In this document: positions 1 through 12,016 of the stretch, in pieces
Numbering within the stretch: the stretch's first letter is position 1
Layout: the number at the start of each line of letters is the position of its first letter
From: Ginglymostoma cirratum
Lineage: Eukaryota
Assembly (NCBI GenBank): GCA_024137785.1
Contig: JAHRHZ010000076.1
Location: 15,141,873 to 15,205,872 of the forward strand
Direction of reading: 5' to 3'
Length of the DNA: 64,000 nucleotides
Position numbers and translations under genes: made by a program
Notes under the pieces: model-generated
Database searches by the model: none
Seen by the model: only the letters and a program-made list of their open reading frames with translations
Told to the model about the DNA's origin: nothing

Positions 1-250
1 TCCCTACCCCCCTACCTACACTCACCTTTACTGGCTCCATCCCCGCCTCTTCGACTTGTCTGCCTCCTCTCCACCTATCCTCTCCTCTATCCATCCTCTA
101 TCCGCCTCCCCCTCTCTCCCTATTTATTTCAGAACCCTCTTCCCCTCCCCCATTTCTGATGAAGGGTTTAGGCCCGAAACGTCAAGTTTTCCTGCTCCTA
201 TGATGCTGCTTGACCTGCTGTGTTCATCCAGCCCCACGCCTTGTTATCCT
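1..250 (+). mobile_element. Penelope-like element terminal (pLTR) fragment with hammerhead core
   Basis: Near-identical to 13985-14232; CTGATGA-AGGGTTTAGGCCC-GAAACGTC at 156-183. Confidence 0.75.
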
Positions 251-304
251 GGAGTGGAATTACACGCTGGAGGAATGAGAAAACCTCCCGCACCGACCCT
301 GATA

Positions 305-360
305 TAACTCCGCCCCGTCCACCCGCTGGGCGGGGCTTCATCTGGTCACGTGTGTGTTCT
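305..360 (+). promoter_or_regulatory. STARD3NL TATA-less GC-rich promoter (GC boxes plus E-box/CLEAR-like site)
   Basis: CCGCCCC at 310-316, GGGCGGGG at 328-335 and GTCACGTG at 345-352. It lies at the start of a CpG-rich stretch (about 290-630) that contains a strong splice donor at 428. Confidence 0.7.
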
Positions 361-427
361 CCGCTAACTTGCCCCCGGAGCTGCGGGTCCTGGGCGCTCG
401 TTCCGGTCCCGAGCGGTGGACTCTCAG
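360..427 (+). other. STARD3NL: STARD3NL non-coding exon 1 (start approximate)
   Basis: CpG-rich segment ending in CAG|GTAAGT (donor at 428). The next exon has an acceptor at 2687 and 41 nt of UTR before the ATG. Confidence 0.7.
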
Positions 428-1082
428 GTAAGTCCGGGCACTTGCCGGCTGCCTGTGGGTGACTGTGTTTCCCGGAGAGCTGGCGGACGGAAGGCCTGGG
501 CCGCAGTCACGGGGCTGCGTTTTCGGGCCGTCCCGGGATCTGGGCCGTCCCGCGCTGGTTTTCTGTGGCGGCTGCGGGAGGTGGGGATTGAGTGAAATGT
601 CATCCCGATCTGGAGCGGCTCTGAGGTTGCCACCCCCACCCTCAGCCCCACCTCAACTCCGACCCTCTTCCCCCCGAACCCTCACCCCCAACCTCCATTC
701 CAACGCCCCTCCCCCACCCCCTGGGGAGCTCACCTCCTGGTCATTTCTTGCTGCCCTCCACTCCCCTGGGGAGCACCCAACCCTCTGGGCTCCCGTCCTC
801 CCAGGCTCACCCCTTGTTTACAGTTAGCTTTGGAATAGGCATTCAGATACTTACCTTTTGATATTATGATCTTCTGAGTCTGACAGTGTCTCGGAGCAGT
901 TGTTTAAATGCTCTGAAAGGCTTATAAATTGATTCTGCTGCTGTAGCATCTTGCTTGAACTTGTCACCAGTCTACTTGCAAGATCAGATAGGGCAAGTTT
1001 ACTTTTCTCTTGTTGCCCCAATTCATATTGGAACAGTTTTAGTAATAGGTGACACGGACAAAATGAATGTAATGTTTTATAA

Positions 1083-1323
1083 GAGATAGTAGGAACTGCA
1101 GATGCTGGAGAATCTGAGATAACCAGGTGTAGAGCTGGATGAACACAGCAGGCCAAGCAGCATCAGAGGAGCAGGAAAGCTGATGTTTTGGGCCTAGACC
1201 CTTCGTCAGAAAATCTTTTCAGAAACCTTTTCTGAAGAAGGGTCTAGGCCCGAAACGTTAGCTTTCCTGCTCCTCTGATGCGGCTTGGCCTGCTGTGTTC
1301 ATCCAGCTCTACACCTTGTTATC
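1083..1323. mobile_element. Fold-back (inverted dimer) Penelope-derived short element, family 1
   Basis: Arms about 1118-1213 and 1228-1323 are reverse complements; hammerhead-like core at 1232-1259. Confidence 0.75.
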
Positions 1324-2728
1324 CCTAACCAAGTGTGTCAGGAGTCTCAAAGGGCAGGGCAGCTATTGAGCTGAGACTTTTAGATAAAGAGTCCCCTCAC
1401 TTTATTCTCAGCCAGTGTAAGGCACAAAGATGACCATTTGATTCTACTGGTCTGTGCAATTGTTTTTAAAGTATAAAATGAGAATCCTCTTGCCTGACAA
1501 TCTCAACCTATCACATATTCTTCTTTTCCTTTTTTCCATGCATATGTCTAGTTTTCACTTAAATGCATCTTCTATATACTATTCACCTCAACTACTATTG
1601 ATGGGAAGAATGAGTGGCAATACAACTAAATGATACTAAAAGAGATGGAAGAAGACAGAAGTGGGGTTGTTTGTGCACAAGTCTTTGAAGTCATGCCTGA
1701 TTAACAAAGCAGTTATTACAGTATTATGTGTAACGGGCTTCATAAAGTCCATTGAAGGACTATGAATACAAAAGTCAAGAAAGTGTACTGAATCTATAAA
1801 GAACACTAGTTTGACTCCAATAGGTGGTAATACATCCAAAACCAATTTACGAGGGACATGAATACTTTGGAGAGGATATAGAGAAATTGTTACGATCTTC
1901 CTCATCCCTGAGAGTTACACATATCTTGAAAGACTGAAGAAGCTCACCTTCTTCTCCTTTGAGTTGAGAAGACATGCTGCGATTACTGGAATTGTGAAAT
2001 AAAAGCAGAGTGTTGGACATCTGGCAGCATTTGTGTAGAGAAAGAGAACAGTTAACAGCAAAGAGTAGATTTGATAATGTTCAAAATCTTTGGTTTAATT
2101 ATTCTAAATATAGAAACTCTTTTGTAATGGCTGAAAAGACAAAATCCTAAGGATAGGAAGTGAAAAGATTGGTAAAAGAGCCAGAGGTGACATTAGAAGG
2201 AACAAACTTAATATGCAGTCAGCAGTTCGAATTTAGAAAGGTTGGTAGAAGCAAAGACTTCAAATGGAAACTGGATAAATATTTTCAAAAGAAAGTTATA
2301 TCAAAAAAGTAGGGCTAACGGTTTGTTCCTTGAAAGAGCCAACACAGACTCGATAGTCAGAATCAAAATACACAGAAGGAAGTTTATTCAGTGTTTCATA
2401 CCATGGTTTAGTGCATCTATCCATTGACAACCTGGGAGCTTGCAGGAGCAGCTGTCATGCCCATGAACCGAGTAACTCTTCCCCCTTCTGGGCATCTGAG
2501 ATTCTGGTGGTGGGGGCTTAACGCGGTGAGAGTTTGACAGGGGCAGTTGTAGTTAAATTGGGAGTGGTAGTTGTATTAATATAAGTTTCCTGGTCCTTAT
2601 TTGAGGAAAGCAAATCATGTGCTTACTATTTTTATGTTCTCCCCCTACACTTCTCTGCTGAACTGTCATGTTTCTGTTCTTCTACAGCTGCTTCTGGTGA
2701 TGCTGAAGCTACAGTAGAGCCGTGCAGG

Positions 2729-2947
2729 ATGAGCAGATTGCCGAATGACCAGGAGGAAGCTCAAGCTGATCGTTTCAATTCCAGTACTTCCCTTAATACC
2801 ACACATTCCGTTCACACATCCCAACTTGCAGCTAGATTAGAGCCATACAGTGACAGGAAACCTATTTCTGACGTTAGGAGGACTTTCTGCTTATTTGTTA
2901 CTTTTGACCTTTTGTTTGTTGGTTTGCTGTGGATAATAGAATTAAAT
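2729..2947 (+). CDS. STARD3NL: STARD3NL coding exon (exon 2; exon begins 2688)
   Basis: Translates MSRLPND...ISDVRRTFCLFVTFDLLFVGLLWIIELN, the start of the MENTAL domain. Acceptor TCTACAG|2688; donor AAT|GTAAGT, phase 0. Confidence 0.97.
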
Positions 2948-4009
2948 GTAAGTATTAAAAACTCCTTTTTAATGTAGGCTTCTGCAGTCAAGTGATAGGG
3001 ATGTATACAAAGCAGTGTATATTCTGCAAATGACTTGTTGCCACGGATACCTTTGACAAACGTGCAGACTGGGTCAAGTTGATCAAATTGTTGGAGATGG
3101 AAGAAGTGAGAGGAGAGGCTCAGATAGAGAATTGGGATGAAGTGGTGAGACAAACTTGCTGGGAATGGACAGAGAGAGGACAGAGCTCTGATAAAATATG
3201 GATAGCATGTGGCCAGTAATAATAATCCCCCATCCAATGAGACTGACTTTTTTTGGAGATCGAAGGACCAAATATTATTTTTTGAATTTAAAATAGATTA
3301 TTTTTATTGCCATTGTGAGAGTCTCTCTTCTTAAATCACTAAATTTAAAGTTTGGCTGGTATCTCTGCTCATTGTGGGTGATAAGTTTAAGAACTTAGCT
3401 ATGTTTAGGCAAAGTGTCACCTCACTTTACACACACCCTCAACCAGTGTAAGGCACAAAAGTTACTATTTGACTCTGCTGGTCTATGCAAGAAGACAGAG
3501 CTGTGGTTATTTGTGCACAATTTTTTTGAAGGAAACATGACATTTTAACAAAACAGTTAATACAATAGTTTGTGTAATGGGCTTTATAAAGCCCAATCAA
3601 GGACTACGAGTACAAAAGTCAGGAAATTTGTACTGGATCTATATCAAATACTAGTTTGATGCCAATCGGTGCATTCAATTCAAATCTAATTTTGGAGAGT
3701 GTCTCAGAGATTTATTACAGTGGTTTCAGGGATAAGGAATTACAGGTATGTGTAAACAGTGACGATGTTCATCTTGTTCTCCTGCGAGCAGAGAATTGCT
3801 GATTTGTTTCTTTCTTGCACTTTGTCCAGTTTTCCTCACATTTTAAGTTGTGTTTACCACTCTTAATTTTCACGTTCCTTCCTTTTACGGCATCAGCAAC
3901 CTTTGATTGGTTGGGTGACCAGGCTGCATGCACTGCTGTCTTGAAGAGATCCGACTATATCTCCTACAATAGTTGGAGGACGTTCTATATATTCTTTAAA
4001 CATTTGTGG

Positions 4010-4350
4010 AATCTGAGTGCCTCTGGTTAAGACAGCATTTATTGCCCAGAGGGTAATTAATGGGCAAACAGCTCTGGAGTCACATGTACACCAGGCCAGG
4101 TAAGGATGATAGATTTCCTTCCCTAAAGGACATTAATGAACCAGATGGGTTTTGTGGCAGTTGGCAGTGGTTACATTGTTGCCAATAGATAAGCTTTCTA
4201 TTCCAGAATTTTGTTGAGTTTTAGAGAGTTGAGGTATTTCAACATACTCCGTAGCAGGATTTGAACCAATTCCGCACCTCCCCCCCTTGAACGTTAGCCT
4301 GGAGGTCTGGATTATTAGTCCAGTGACATTATCGCTATGCCACTCTGTCT
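4010..4350 (-). mobile_element. Shark SINE (tRNA-like head, LINE-related tail)
   Basis: Similar copies at 22955-23250 and 29030-29385; related + strand copies at 4480-4870 and 19110-19400. Confidence 0.65.
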
Positions 4351-5295
4351 CCTTTCTTGATAATGCGGGTACAATCCTATTTGCCTCTCTTCTTGACTCA
4401 CAGTTGGAATTGTTTGCTTGCACTGTAATAAGTTTATTTGCTATACCTTCTCTCCTCTTGAGAATACAGGCATATTTGTAATACCACTGGGCTAATAATT
4501 CAAAGGACCACGCTAATGTTCTGGAGACACTGGTTTAAATCCTACCTTGGTAGCTATGGAGTTTCAATTTAACTAAGTTAGTAACATTCTGGAGTTGATG
4601 GTTAGCCTCAATAATGGTGACTATGAAACCATCATTGATTGTTGTAAAGAGCAATCATCTGGTTCGCTAATGTTCTTTAGGGAAGGGAGTATGCCTGGTC
4701 TGGCATACATGACTCCAGTTCCCCAGCAATGTGGTTGACCCTTGACTACCTTCTGAAATAGCAGAGCAATTCACTCCGTTCAAGAGGGTCTCCCATTACC
4801 ACTAACTCAAGGGAAATTCAGATGGGCCAAAATACTTTGACCTTGCCACTGTCATGCATATCATGTTTTGAAAAACCCTCTGATAGAGAGCTTTCCTTGT
4901 GTCAACTTCATTTAAGCAACACAGTATTGCTGTACAGCAACTTTAACTTAAATGTAATCCTTTAGTCATTAACTGTCATCACCTTGTGAAGGCCTGCCTA
5001 AACTCTACTCAGCAACTGCAATATTACAGGCCCCTAGAAGCTTTAAGTTTCTCATTTCTTGAACTTTCAGCTGAGAACTAGTTTTCAAAATGACTGACTG
5101 CAGTGTTGATTCTTGCCAAAATAGCCACTGTTAATCTGTAATTTCTTCCACACTCCCAGTTTGCAGATGTTACATTTGAGTTTACCCCAGAAAGGATTGC
5201 CCCAATATTGTGATCCACTACCACTTCCTCTTCACACTTTGCAGCAACCTATATCAAGAGAATGGGTTTCCGGGGACCATTTGTTGGGCTAGTGG

Positions 5296-5977
5296 GTGAA
5301 AAGGTCAGGACATTCAAGGAGAGACATTCTGTCTCCTGTTTCCCTAGTTTTTTTTAAAAAGGCTCCAGGATTTGCAGAACTGAAACTGATCGTTTTGGTT
5401 TAATGTAAGGTCAATTTAATGGATTGTTGACATTCATTCAGACTTAAGCTGACCACCCTGTTTGAGGCCTTTGAATCATTCAGATCTGTTTTAATTATTC
5501 TGATACACTGTTTATGGACTCATCGAATTTTGCAACGTGGTAAGAGTCCATTTAGCCTAATATGTTCCACTCTCTGAGAGTTCTGCACCCTGTCTATTTC
5601 CTGCTCTTCCTGTATATGCCCTTTTATTTATTTTTCATAATATTAGCTCACTCCATACCAATTCACCTGGAGTAACAGCAGGCCATTTCTTCTGGATATT
5701 TATTGTGAATTATTAGTTATATAGATTTTCATGGTAAATCAGTATTTTGAGTTTTGGAAATGAAAATCCACGCTTACGCTGGCAATGATCTCATGGAAAA
5801 TGTGATTAATAACTGCAATGTATCAGCATATCACAAACTGAATAGTTTATTTTTGAATAGCTTGATAATTCTTTGTTCTTCCATTCCGTGAAAACAAACA
5901 TTTGTTGGAGCCTTTTTAAAAAAAACTAGGGAAACAGGAGACAGAATGTCTCTCCTTGAATGTCCTGACCTTTTCAC
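5296..5977. repeat. Perfect 72-bp inverted repeat (5296-5367 / 5906-5977)
   Basis: GTGAAAAGGTCAGG...AAAAAGGCTCCA is the exact reverse complement of TGGAGCCTTTTT...CCTGACCTTTTCAC. Confidence 0.95.
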
Positions 5978-6156
5978 TAATTGGTGATGATAATTAGGAC
6001 ATTTCTTAGTGCTTACAAATTGGTAATGTTTGGTATATCTGATTCATGTTTAAAATCTGATAACTGCCAATATGTATCTGGAAGTTTGATTATTTAATCC
6101 CCAGTTTCAGTAACCATTGCTGGCAAAATAATTCCACCTGTCTTTTTGTTTTCTAG

Positions 6157-6234
6157 GTAGATGGTGGCATAATTCATAGTTTAGAAAGGGAGGTCATTCA
6201 CTATGACTTCCATAAATCTTACTTTGATATCTTC
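6157..6234 (+). CDS. STARD3NL: STARD3NL exon 3
   Basis: TTCTAG|VDGGIIHSLEREVIHYDFHKSYFDIF|GTGAGT, 78 nt; matches the STARD3NL segment VNGGI...YFDIF. Confidence 0.96.
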
Positions 6235-6319
6235 GTGAGTAGATTTTCTCTTGAAATACTTATTTAATGTGGCTTCAAATACTTTACAGTTTTTATCTAA
6301 TCCTCTTTGTCCTTCCCAG

Positions 6320-6397
6320 TTACTGGCAGTGTTCCGATTCCTTATGCTGGTTGTTGCGTACGCTGTGTTTAAGTTAAACCACTGGTGGATGATTGCG
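6320..6397 (+). CDS. STARD3NL: STARD3NL exon 4
   Basis: CCCAG|LLAVFRFLMLVVAYAVFKLNHWWMIA|GTGAGT, 78 nt, following an 85-nt intron. Confidence 0.96.
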
Positions 6398-6651
6398 GTG
6401 AGTGGGGTGACAATATTGCTGTTGTTCCGTGTCTTAAGACATTGAAAATCTACCAACTGTCAGCCAGAAACTGCCCTCTTCTTGAATCCCTTCCTCAAAA
6501 CAGATGAGAGGCTTATATTAAAATTGTCTATATATGGTGACATGGACTATCAATGCAGTGAAAAGAAGCTATTATCGTGTTCATTTGGGAAATGTGTAGA
6601 ATCAAACTCTTTGTAAACTGGCCAGCAGTTTGTTCTAACTGAAGTCTTAAG

Positions 6652-6723
6652 TTAATGGTGGTCTAGCGGTTAGGATTTGGCCCTGTCAGCCCAGCGGCCC
6701 AGGTTCGATTCCAGATCAGGGAG
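6652..6723 (+). pseudogene. tRNA-Glu-derived pseudogene (anticodon position reads GTC)
   Basis: TGGTGGTCTAGCGGTTAGGATT...GCGGCCCAGGTTCGATTCCAGATCAGGGA follows the vertebrate tRNA-Glu body; the 5' acceptor strand is lost and the anticodon stem is disrupted. Confidence 0.8.
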
Positions 6724-6735
6724 TAGGAGTTCTCT

Positions 6736-7013
6736 CAGTACTGCTGCCTCACAGCACCAGGGACCCGGGTTTGATTCCACCCTTGGGCGACTGTGTGGAG
6801 TTTGCACATTGTCCCTGTGTCTGTGTGGGTTTCCTCCGGGTGCTCAGGTTTCCTCCCACAGTCCAAAGATGTGCAGGCTAGGCGGATTGGCCATGCTAAA
6901 TTGCCCATGGTGTTCAAGGATGTGTAGATTAGGTGGGTTATAGGGGTACGGGTCTGGGTGGGATGCTCTGAGGGTCGGTGTGGACTTGTTGGGCCGAAGG
7001 GCCTGTTTCCACA
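6736..7013 (+). mobile_element. HE1-type V-SINE
   Basis: V-domain TGTGTGGAGTTTGCACATT...GGGTTTCCTCCGGGTGCTC.GGTTTCCTCCCACAGTCCAAAGATGTG and CR1-like tail GGGCCGAAGGGCCTGTTTCC. Confidence 0.85.
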
Positions 7014-7433
7014 TTAAGAAGAGGTGCCCTTTCATAGAATCCCTACAGTCGGGTGATGTAGCAATTTACATTTCAACGACCTGTGAGCTTTTGATTTGAG
7101 TAACTAATCTGGTGCACTCAATTATTTCTTCCTTCAAATGTTATTTCACTGTTCCACACACTCCTGAATGATGCAGAGAGCATGACCCCTGTCAGGGCTG
7201 GACATTACAAATAGAGGGTTCGGTCGTGATTACCTGATTTCTGTTAGGTGTGTCTGATCGAATGAATAACTTTGGATAAAGTGTGATCATTTTCATGAGT
7301 GGGGTCCCAGTTCTAATGTTTAAATAAAGTTAGATTAATCTTTCGTCAGTACTGAGCACTGAATTACTGAATCTGTCATTTCTCCTCTTATGACTGTAAA
7401 TGCTTCTTCTCTTCATTATTCTTCTCTTCACAG

Positions 7434-7487
7434 ATTACAACAGCTGTCACCAGTGCCTTTCTAATTGTAAAAGTAATTGTTTCCAAG
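7434..7487 (+). CDS. STARD3NL: STARD3NL exon 5
   Basis: Long polypyrimidine tract, then CACAG|ITTAVTSAFLIVKVIVSK|GTATGT, 54 nt. Confidence 0.96.
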
Positions 7488-7559
7488 GTATGTACTGACT
7501 GTGCTTCAAAATGCTGAATAAAATGTTCATTAGGATGGGACTGACTGCCCTTGAAAGCA

Positions 7560-9990
7560 AAGCAGCATTTGACAGAGTATGATATCAAGGAAAAGTAGCA
7601 AACGTGAAGTCAGTGGGAATCAGGTGCAAAACTCTTCACAGGATGGAATTACACATAGTACAAAGGAAGATGTTTGTGATTTTTAGTGACCGGTCATCAC
7701 AGCCCCAGTTCACCACTGCCAAGGTTAATCTAGGTAGTGTCCTAAACTCACCCATCTTCAGCTGTCTCATCAATGACCCATCCTGCAGTCAGAAGTGGGT
7801 ATGCTCGTTGATGATTGTACAGTGTTCAACACCAGATATCAGATACCAAAGCAGTCTGTCTTTCAGCAAGAACCAGGTAACATTCAGGGTTGATGTGTGA
7901 CTAATCACTTAAGTGCCAGACAGTGGTAGTCTCAAACTTGGAAGGATCTGAGTCTCTCCCCTTGATTCAACTCATGTTACCATCATGAATTTCTCACTAT
8001 GAACAAACTGGGGCTAACCATTGACCAGAAACTGAACTTGACCAGTTCAGTCGGTTGTTGTGGCTGCAACATCAGGCTAGAGGCTAGGAATTCTGCAGTA
8101 AGCAGCTCACAGTTTGACTCCTGAAGTCTCTCCGCTATCTAAAAGGCAGAATTCAAGAGTGCAGTGGACTATTTTCCTCTTTCCTGGATGAGTGCAGCCT
8201 CCAACAGTACTCTGGCTCAACACCACCAATACACAATGCAAGCAATGTATACCATCTACAAAACACACTGCATTAATTCACCAAGATTCCTTTGACAGTA
8301 CCTTCCAAACTCACAAGGACAGGGCCTTAGATTTTGTTCTGTTATTCATCAGGGATTGTGGGCTTCGCTGACCGGGCCAGCATTTATTGCCCATCCCCCT
8401 TGTGAGGTGATGGTGAGCTGCTTTCATGAAACGTTATGGTCCATTTGCTGTAGGTACACCCACAGTGCTATCAGGGAGGAGTTTCAGGATTTTGACCCAG
8501 TGACAGTGAAAGAGTGGTGATTATAGCCCAAGTTAGAGTGGTTATTGGTTTGGAGCAGAACTTGCAAACGTTGGTATTCCCATGCATGATGCCTATGTCC
8601 TTCTGGATGGTAGTGGTCAGAGGTTTGGCAGGTGCTGTCTGAGGAGCTTTAGTGAATTTCTATAATACGTTTTACAGATGGCACACAGCTGTTAGTGTGT
8701 GTTGGTGATGGAGGAATTGAATATTTATGTTGCTTTGATATGGATATTGTCAAGTTTTGTTGGACATTATTGCAACTGCACACATTCAGACATTAAGGAA
8801 GTATTACATCACATTCCTGACTTGTGCCTTGTAGACGATGGACAGGCTTTGTGTGATAAGTGACTTGTTGCAGGATTTCTAGCTTCTAACCTGCTCGTGG
8901 CTAGTACCCTTCAGTTTCTTGTGAATTATAACCACCAGGATGTCAACAGTGGGGGAATTCAGCGGTGGTAATGCCATCAAATGTCATGGTGCAATGGATA
9001 GATTCTGTCTTGAAGGATGTGGTTATTGCCTGGCACTTGTGTGGAGCAAATGTTAGTTGTTACTTCTCAGTCCAAGGCTGGAGTCGCCCAGGTCTCACTG
9101 CATTTAGACATAGACTGCATCGGTATCTGAATGGTCACAGATGCTACTGAATATTGTGCAATCATCAGCTAATGTTCCCGTTTCTGACTCTTTATGATTT
9201 AAGGAAGGTCATTAATGGAGATGGTTTGAGTGTTGGACACTATTCTGAGAAATTTCAGCATTGATGTCCTGGAACCGAAATGTCTAAACTTAACAACTGC
9301 AGCCATCTCCCTCTGTGCTATCTGTGCTTCCAACCAGCACAGAGTTTTGCCACAGGTTCCCATTGACTCTAGTTTTGCTAGACCTCCTTGATGGGACACT
9401 GTCAAATACAGTCTTGATGTCAGAGGTGTAACTCTTACTTCACCACTGGAGTTCAGCTCTTTTGTCCACGTTTAAATCAAAGCTGTAATGAAGTCAGGAG
9501 CTAAGCAACCTTAGAGGAACTTAACTTACTCACTGACATTCAATTTATTGCCAAGTGCAGATTAATAGTACTGTGAAAGATCCCTTACATAGCTTTACAG
9601 ATAAGCGAGCGTAGACTGGCAGGACGTACCTGATTGATTTTTCACATTGTAGTGTGGATGCTAGTGTTGTAACTGTACTGGAACAGTATGGCACAATCTG
9701 GAGCACAGGTCTTCAGTACTATTTCTGTAATATTGACAGGGTACTTAGAACACCATTATCTAGAGGCTCCTCTCCAAGCCACCCACTATCCTGATTTTGG
9801 AACTATATTGCTGTTCATTCACTGTCACTGGATCAGAATCTTGGAACTCACTTCCTCATCGTACTAGGTGTACCTACACCCCAAGGATTGTAGCAGTTCA
9901 AGAAGATAGCTCATAATTAGTTTCTCAAGGGCAGTGTGGGATGGCAATAAATTCAGTCTAGCCAGCAACATCCATATCCTGTGAAAGAAT
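7560..9990. mobile_element. Old CR1-group LINE fragments in both orientations
   Basis: Degenerate RT-like translations (GSVLNSPIFSCLIND); same family as 19410-22610. Confidence 0.6.
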
Positions 9991-10061
9991 AAATTCTTTA
10001 AAAACTGTGATTTTGTTCCATCATGATCTTTAATTTGTCAATGGTTTTCATTTTAATTTAG

Positions 10062-10182
10062 CTCCTGGTCCAAGGTACTGCCTTTGCTTACTTACTGCCA
10101 ATCATCTCCTTCATACTAGCCTGGATTGAGACTTGGTTCCTGGATTTTAAAGTGTTGCCACAAGAGGCTAAGGATGAAAACA
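10062..10182 (+). CDS. STARD3NL: STARD3NL exon 6
   Basis: TTTAG|LLVQGTAFAYLLPIISFILAWIETWFLDFKVLPQEAKDEN+1 nt|GTAAGT, 121 nt; contains the MENTAL signature WIETWFLDFKVLPQE. Confidence 0.97.
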
Positions 10183-10339
10183 GTAAGTGCAGTTACTGCT
10201 TTTTGTGCTGTCTATTCCCCACAGGCTGCACTCGGATAATCAGAGGCAGGTGATATAGATGGTACACAATAATTTGATTTGTAACACTGAATTTTGCATT
10301 GAAATCAGTTCAAGTTATAATTTTATCCACAAGACAGAG

Positions 10340-11740
10340 TACATATGGACAATTTAATGAGATCATGGCTGATCCGAAAATCCTTAACTCCACTTTCCTG
10401 CCTTTAATCCATTACTCTTGATTCTGTTACTGTTTTAAAATTCTGTCTGTCTCAGCTTTGAACATAGTTGACAACTGAGCTTTAATAACCCTCTTTGGTA
10501 AAGAATTCCACAGATTTGCTATCCTCTGAGAGAAGAAATTCCTCCCCATCTATATCTTAATGTGTGAATCCTTATTCTGAGATTATGCTGTCTTGTTCTG
10601 GATAGGGGAAACAACCTTTCCACATCTACCCTGTAAAAATCCCTAAGAGTGCTGTACGTTTCAACAAAGTTGCCTCTCATTCTTCTAAAGTCCAATGAGT
10701 AGAAACCTAACCTACTCAATCTCTCCTCCTAAGACAGTCCCTGTATACCTGGTTTCAGCTTTGTGAACCTTTTCTGCACTGCCAGAGTATCTTAACTTAG
10801 ATGAGAGAACCAAAACTGTTCACAGTATTACAGCTGAGATCAGATTAGTATTTTGTATAGTTTTAGCAAAATCTCCCTCTTTTTACACTCAATTCCCTTT
10901 TGTAATTAAGGTTAACTCTCCGTTTGTCTTCCCTGTTACCTGCTGAACTTGGATGCTAGCTTTTTGTGATTTGTGGATGAAGGCTCCCAATTCCTTTGTT
11001 TCATAGCTTTCTGTAGTCATTCTCCGTTTTAAATAATTATTCAGCTCTTCTTCCTGTCAAAGTACATTGCTTCACACTTTACCATATTGTATTCCATCTA
11101 CCAAGTTTTGCCTAATCATTAATACGCCAGGCAACATCAGAGGAGCAGGAAAGCTGATGTTTCGGGTCAGGATCCTTCTTCAGAATATTTCTGGAGAAGG
11201 GTCCCAATCCGAAACATCAGTTTTCCTGTTCCTCTGATGCTGCATGGCCTGCTGTGTTCATCCAGCTCCACACTGTTATCTCTGACACCAGCATAGGCAG
11301 TTCTTGCTGTCTCTTGCCTATTCATTTAACGTGTCCGTGTTCCACAGACACCTTCACCACTTGCCTTCCCACTTACTTTTGTGTCATCTGCAGTATAGTC
11401 ACCATTCTTGTCGTGTAATCAATATATGTTGTAATAATTGTGGCCCCACCACTGATCTCTGTGGCACACCAGTAATTAGACTGCCATCCTGAAAATGGCC
11501 TCCTTATCCCAACTCTGTCTTCTATTAGTTAGCCAATTCCCTACCCAGGCTAATTATACTACCTCCAACACTCTGAGCTCTTATTAGATAGCTTAATGTA
11601 TGGTGCCTTATCAAAGCCTTCTGAAAATCCAAACCTATTACATCTACTGCATTCCTTCTATCTATCCTGCTGTTCCCCCCTCAAAGAATTCTAGTAAATT
11701 TGTCAGGCCTGATTTCCCCTTCGTGAATCCATGGGATTCT
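10340..11740 (-). mobile_element. Degenerate CR1 LINE 3' part with nested fold-back element (11127-11312)
   Basis: RLGFYSLDFRRMRGNFVETY motif. The nested element is flanked by an imperfect TTGCCTA(A/T)TCATT(T)AA duplication. Confidence 0.75.
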
Positions 11741-11917
11741 ACTCTTGTTGTAAGAGCATTTAAATCAGTAGCACGTTGGTTTATACATTTGGATGGTATG
11801 ATGCATGTCAGGTCAGTAAACTTCTAACTTGTTGTCTTAGGGATATAAACTGTAATAAATCTTGTACAATTTGTTCTGCCTGTGTCTGTATTACAAGTAT
11901 CATTCTTCCTGTTCTAG

Positions 11918-12016
11918 GATTCTTTGTAGTGTCTGATGTATCAGAGCATGCACCTCTTATTCTTCCTGGCCCCCTGTCTGATGGACAGTTTTATTCACCT
12001 CCCGAATCTGTTGCTG
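11918..12016 (+). CDS. STARD3NL: STARD3NL exon 7 (phospho-FFAT motif)
   Basis: TTCTAG|(R)FFVVSDVSEHAPLILPGPLSDGQFYSPPESVA|GTGAGT, 99 nt, phase 1-1. QFYSPPE is the VAP-binding FFAT-like motif of STARD3/STARD3NL. Confidence 0.96.

Noticed and set aside
56-827. Short ORFs over the STARD3NL promoter and exon 1
   Set aside because: Repeat-derived or GC-rich chance frames, mostly with non-ATG starts.
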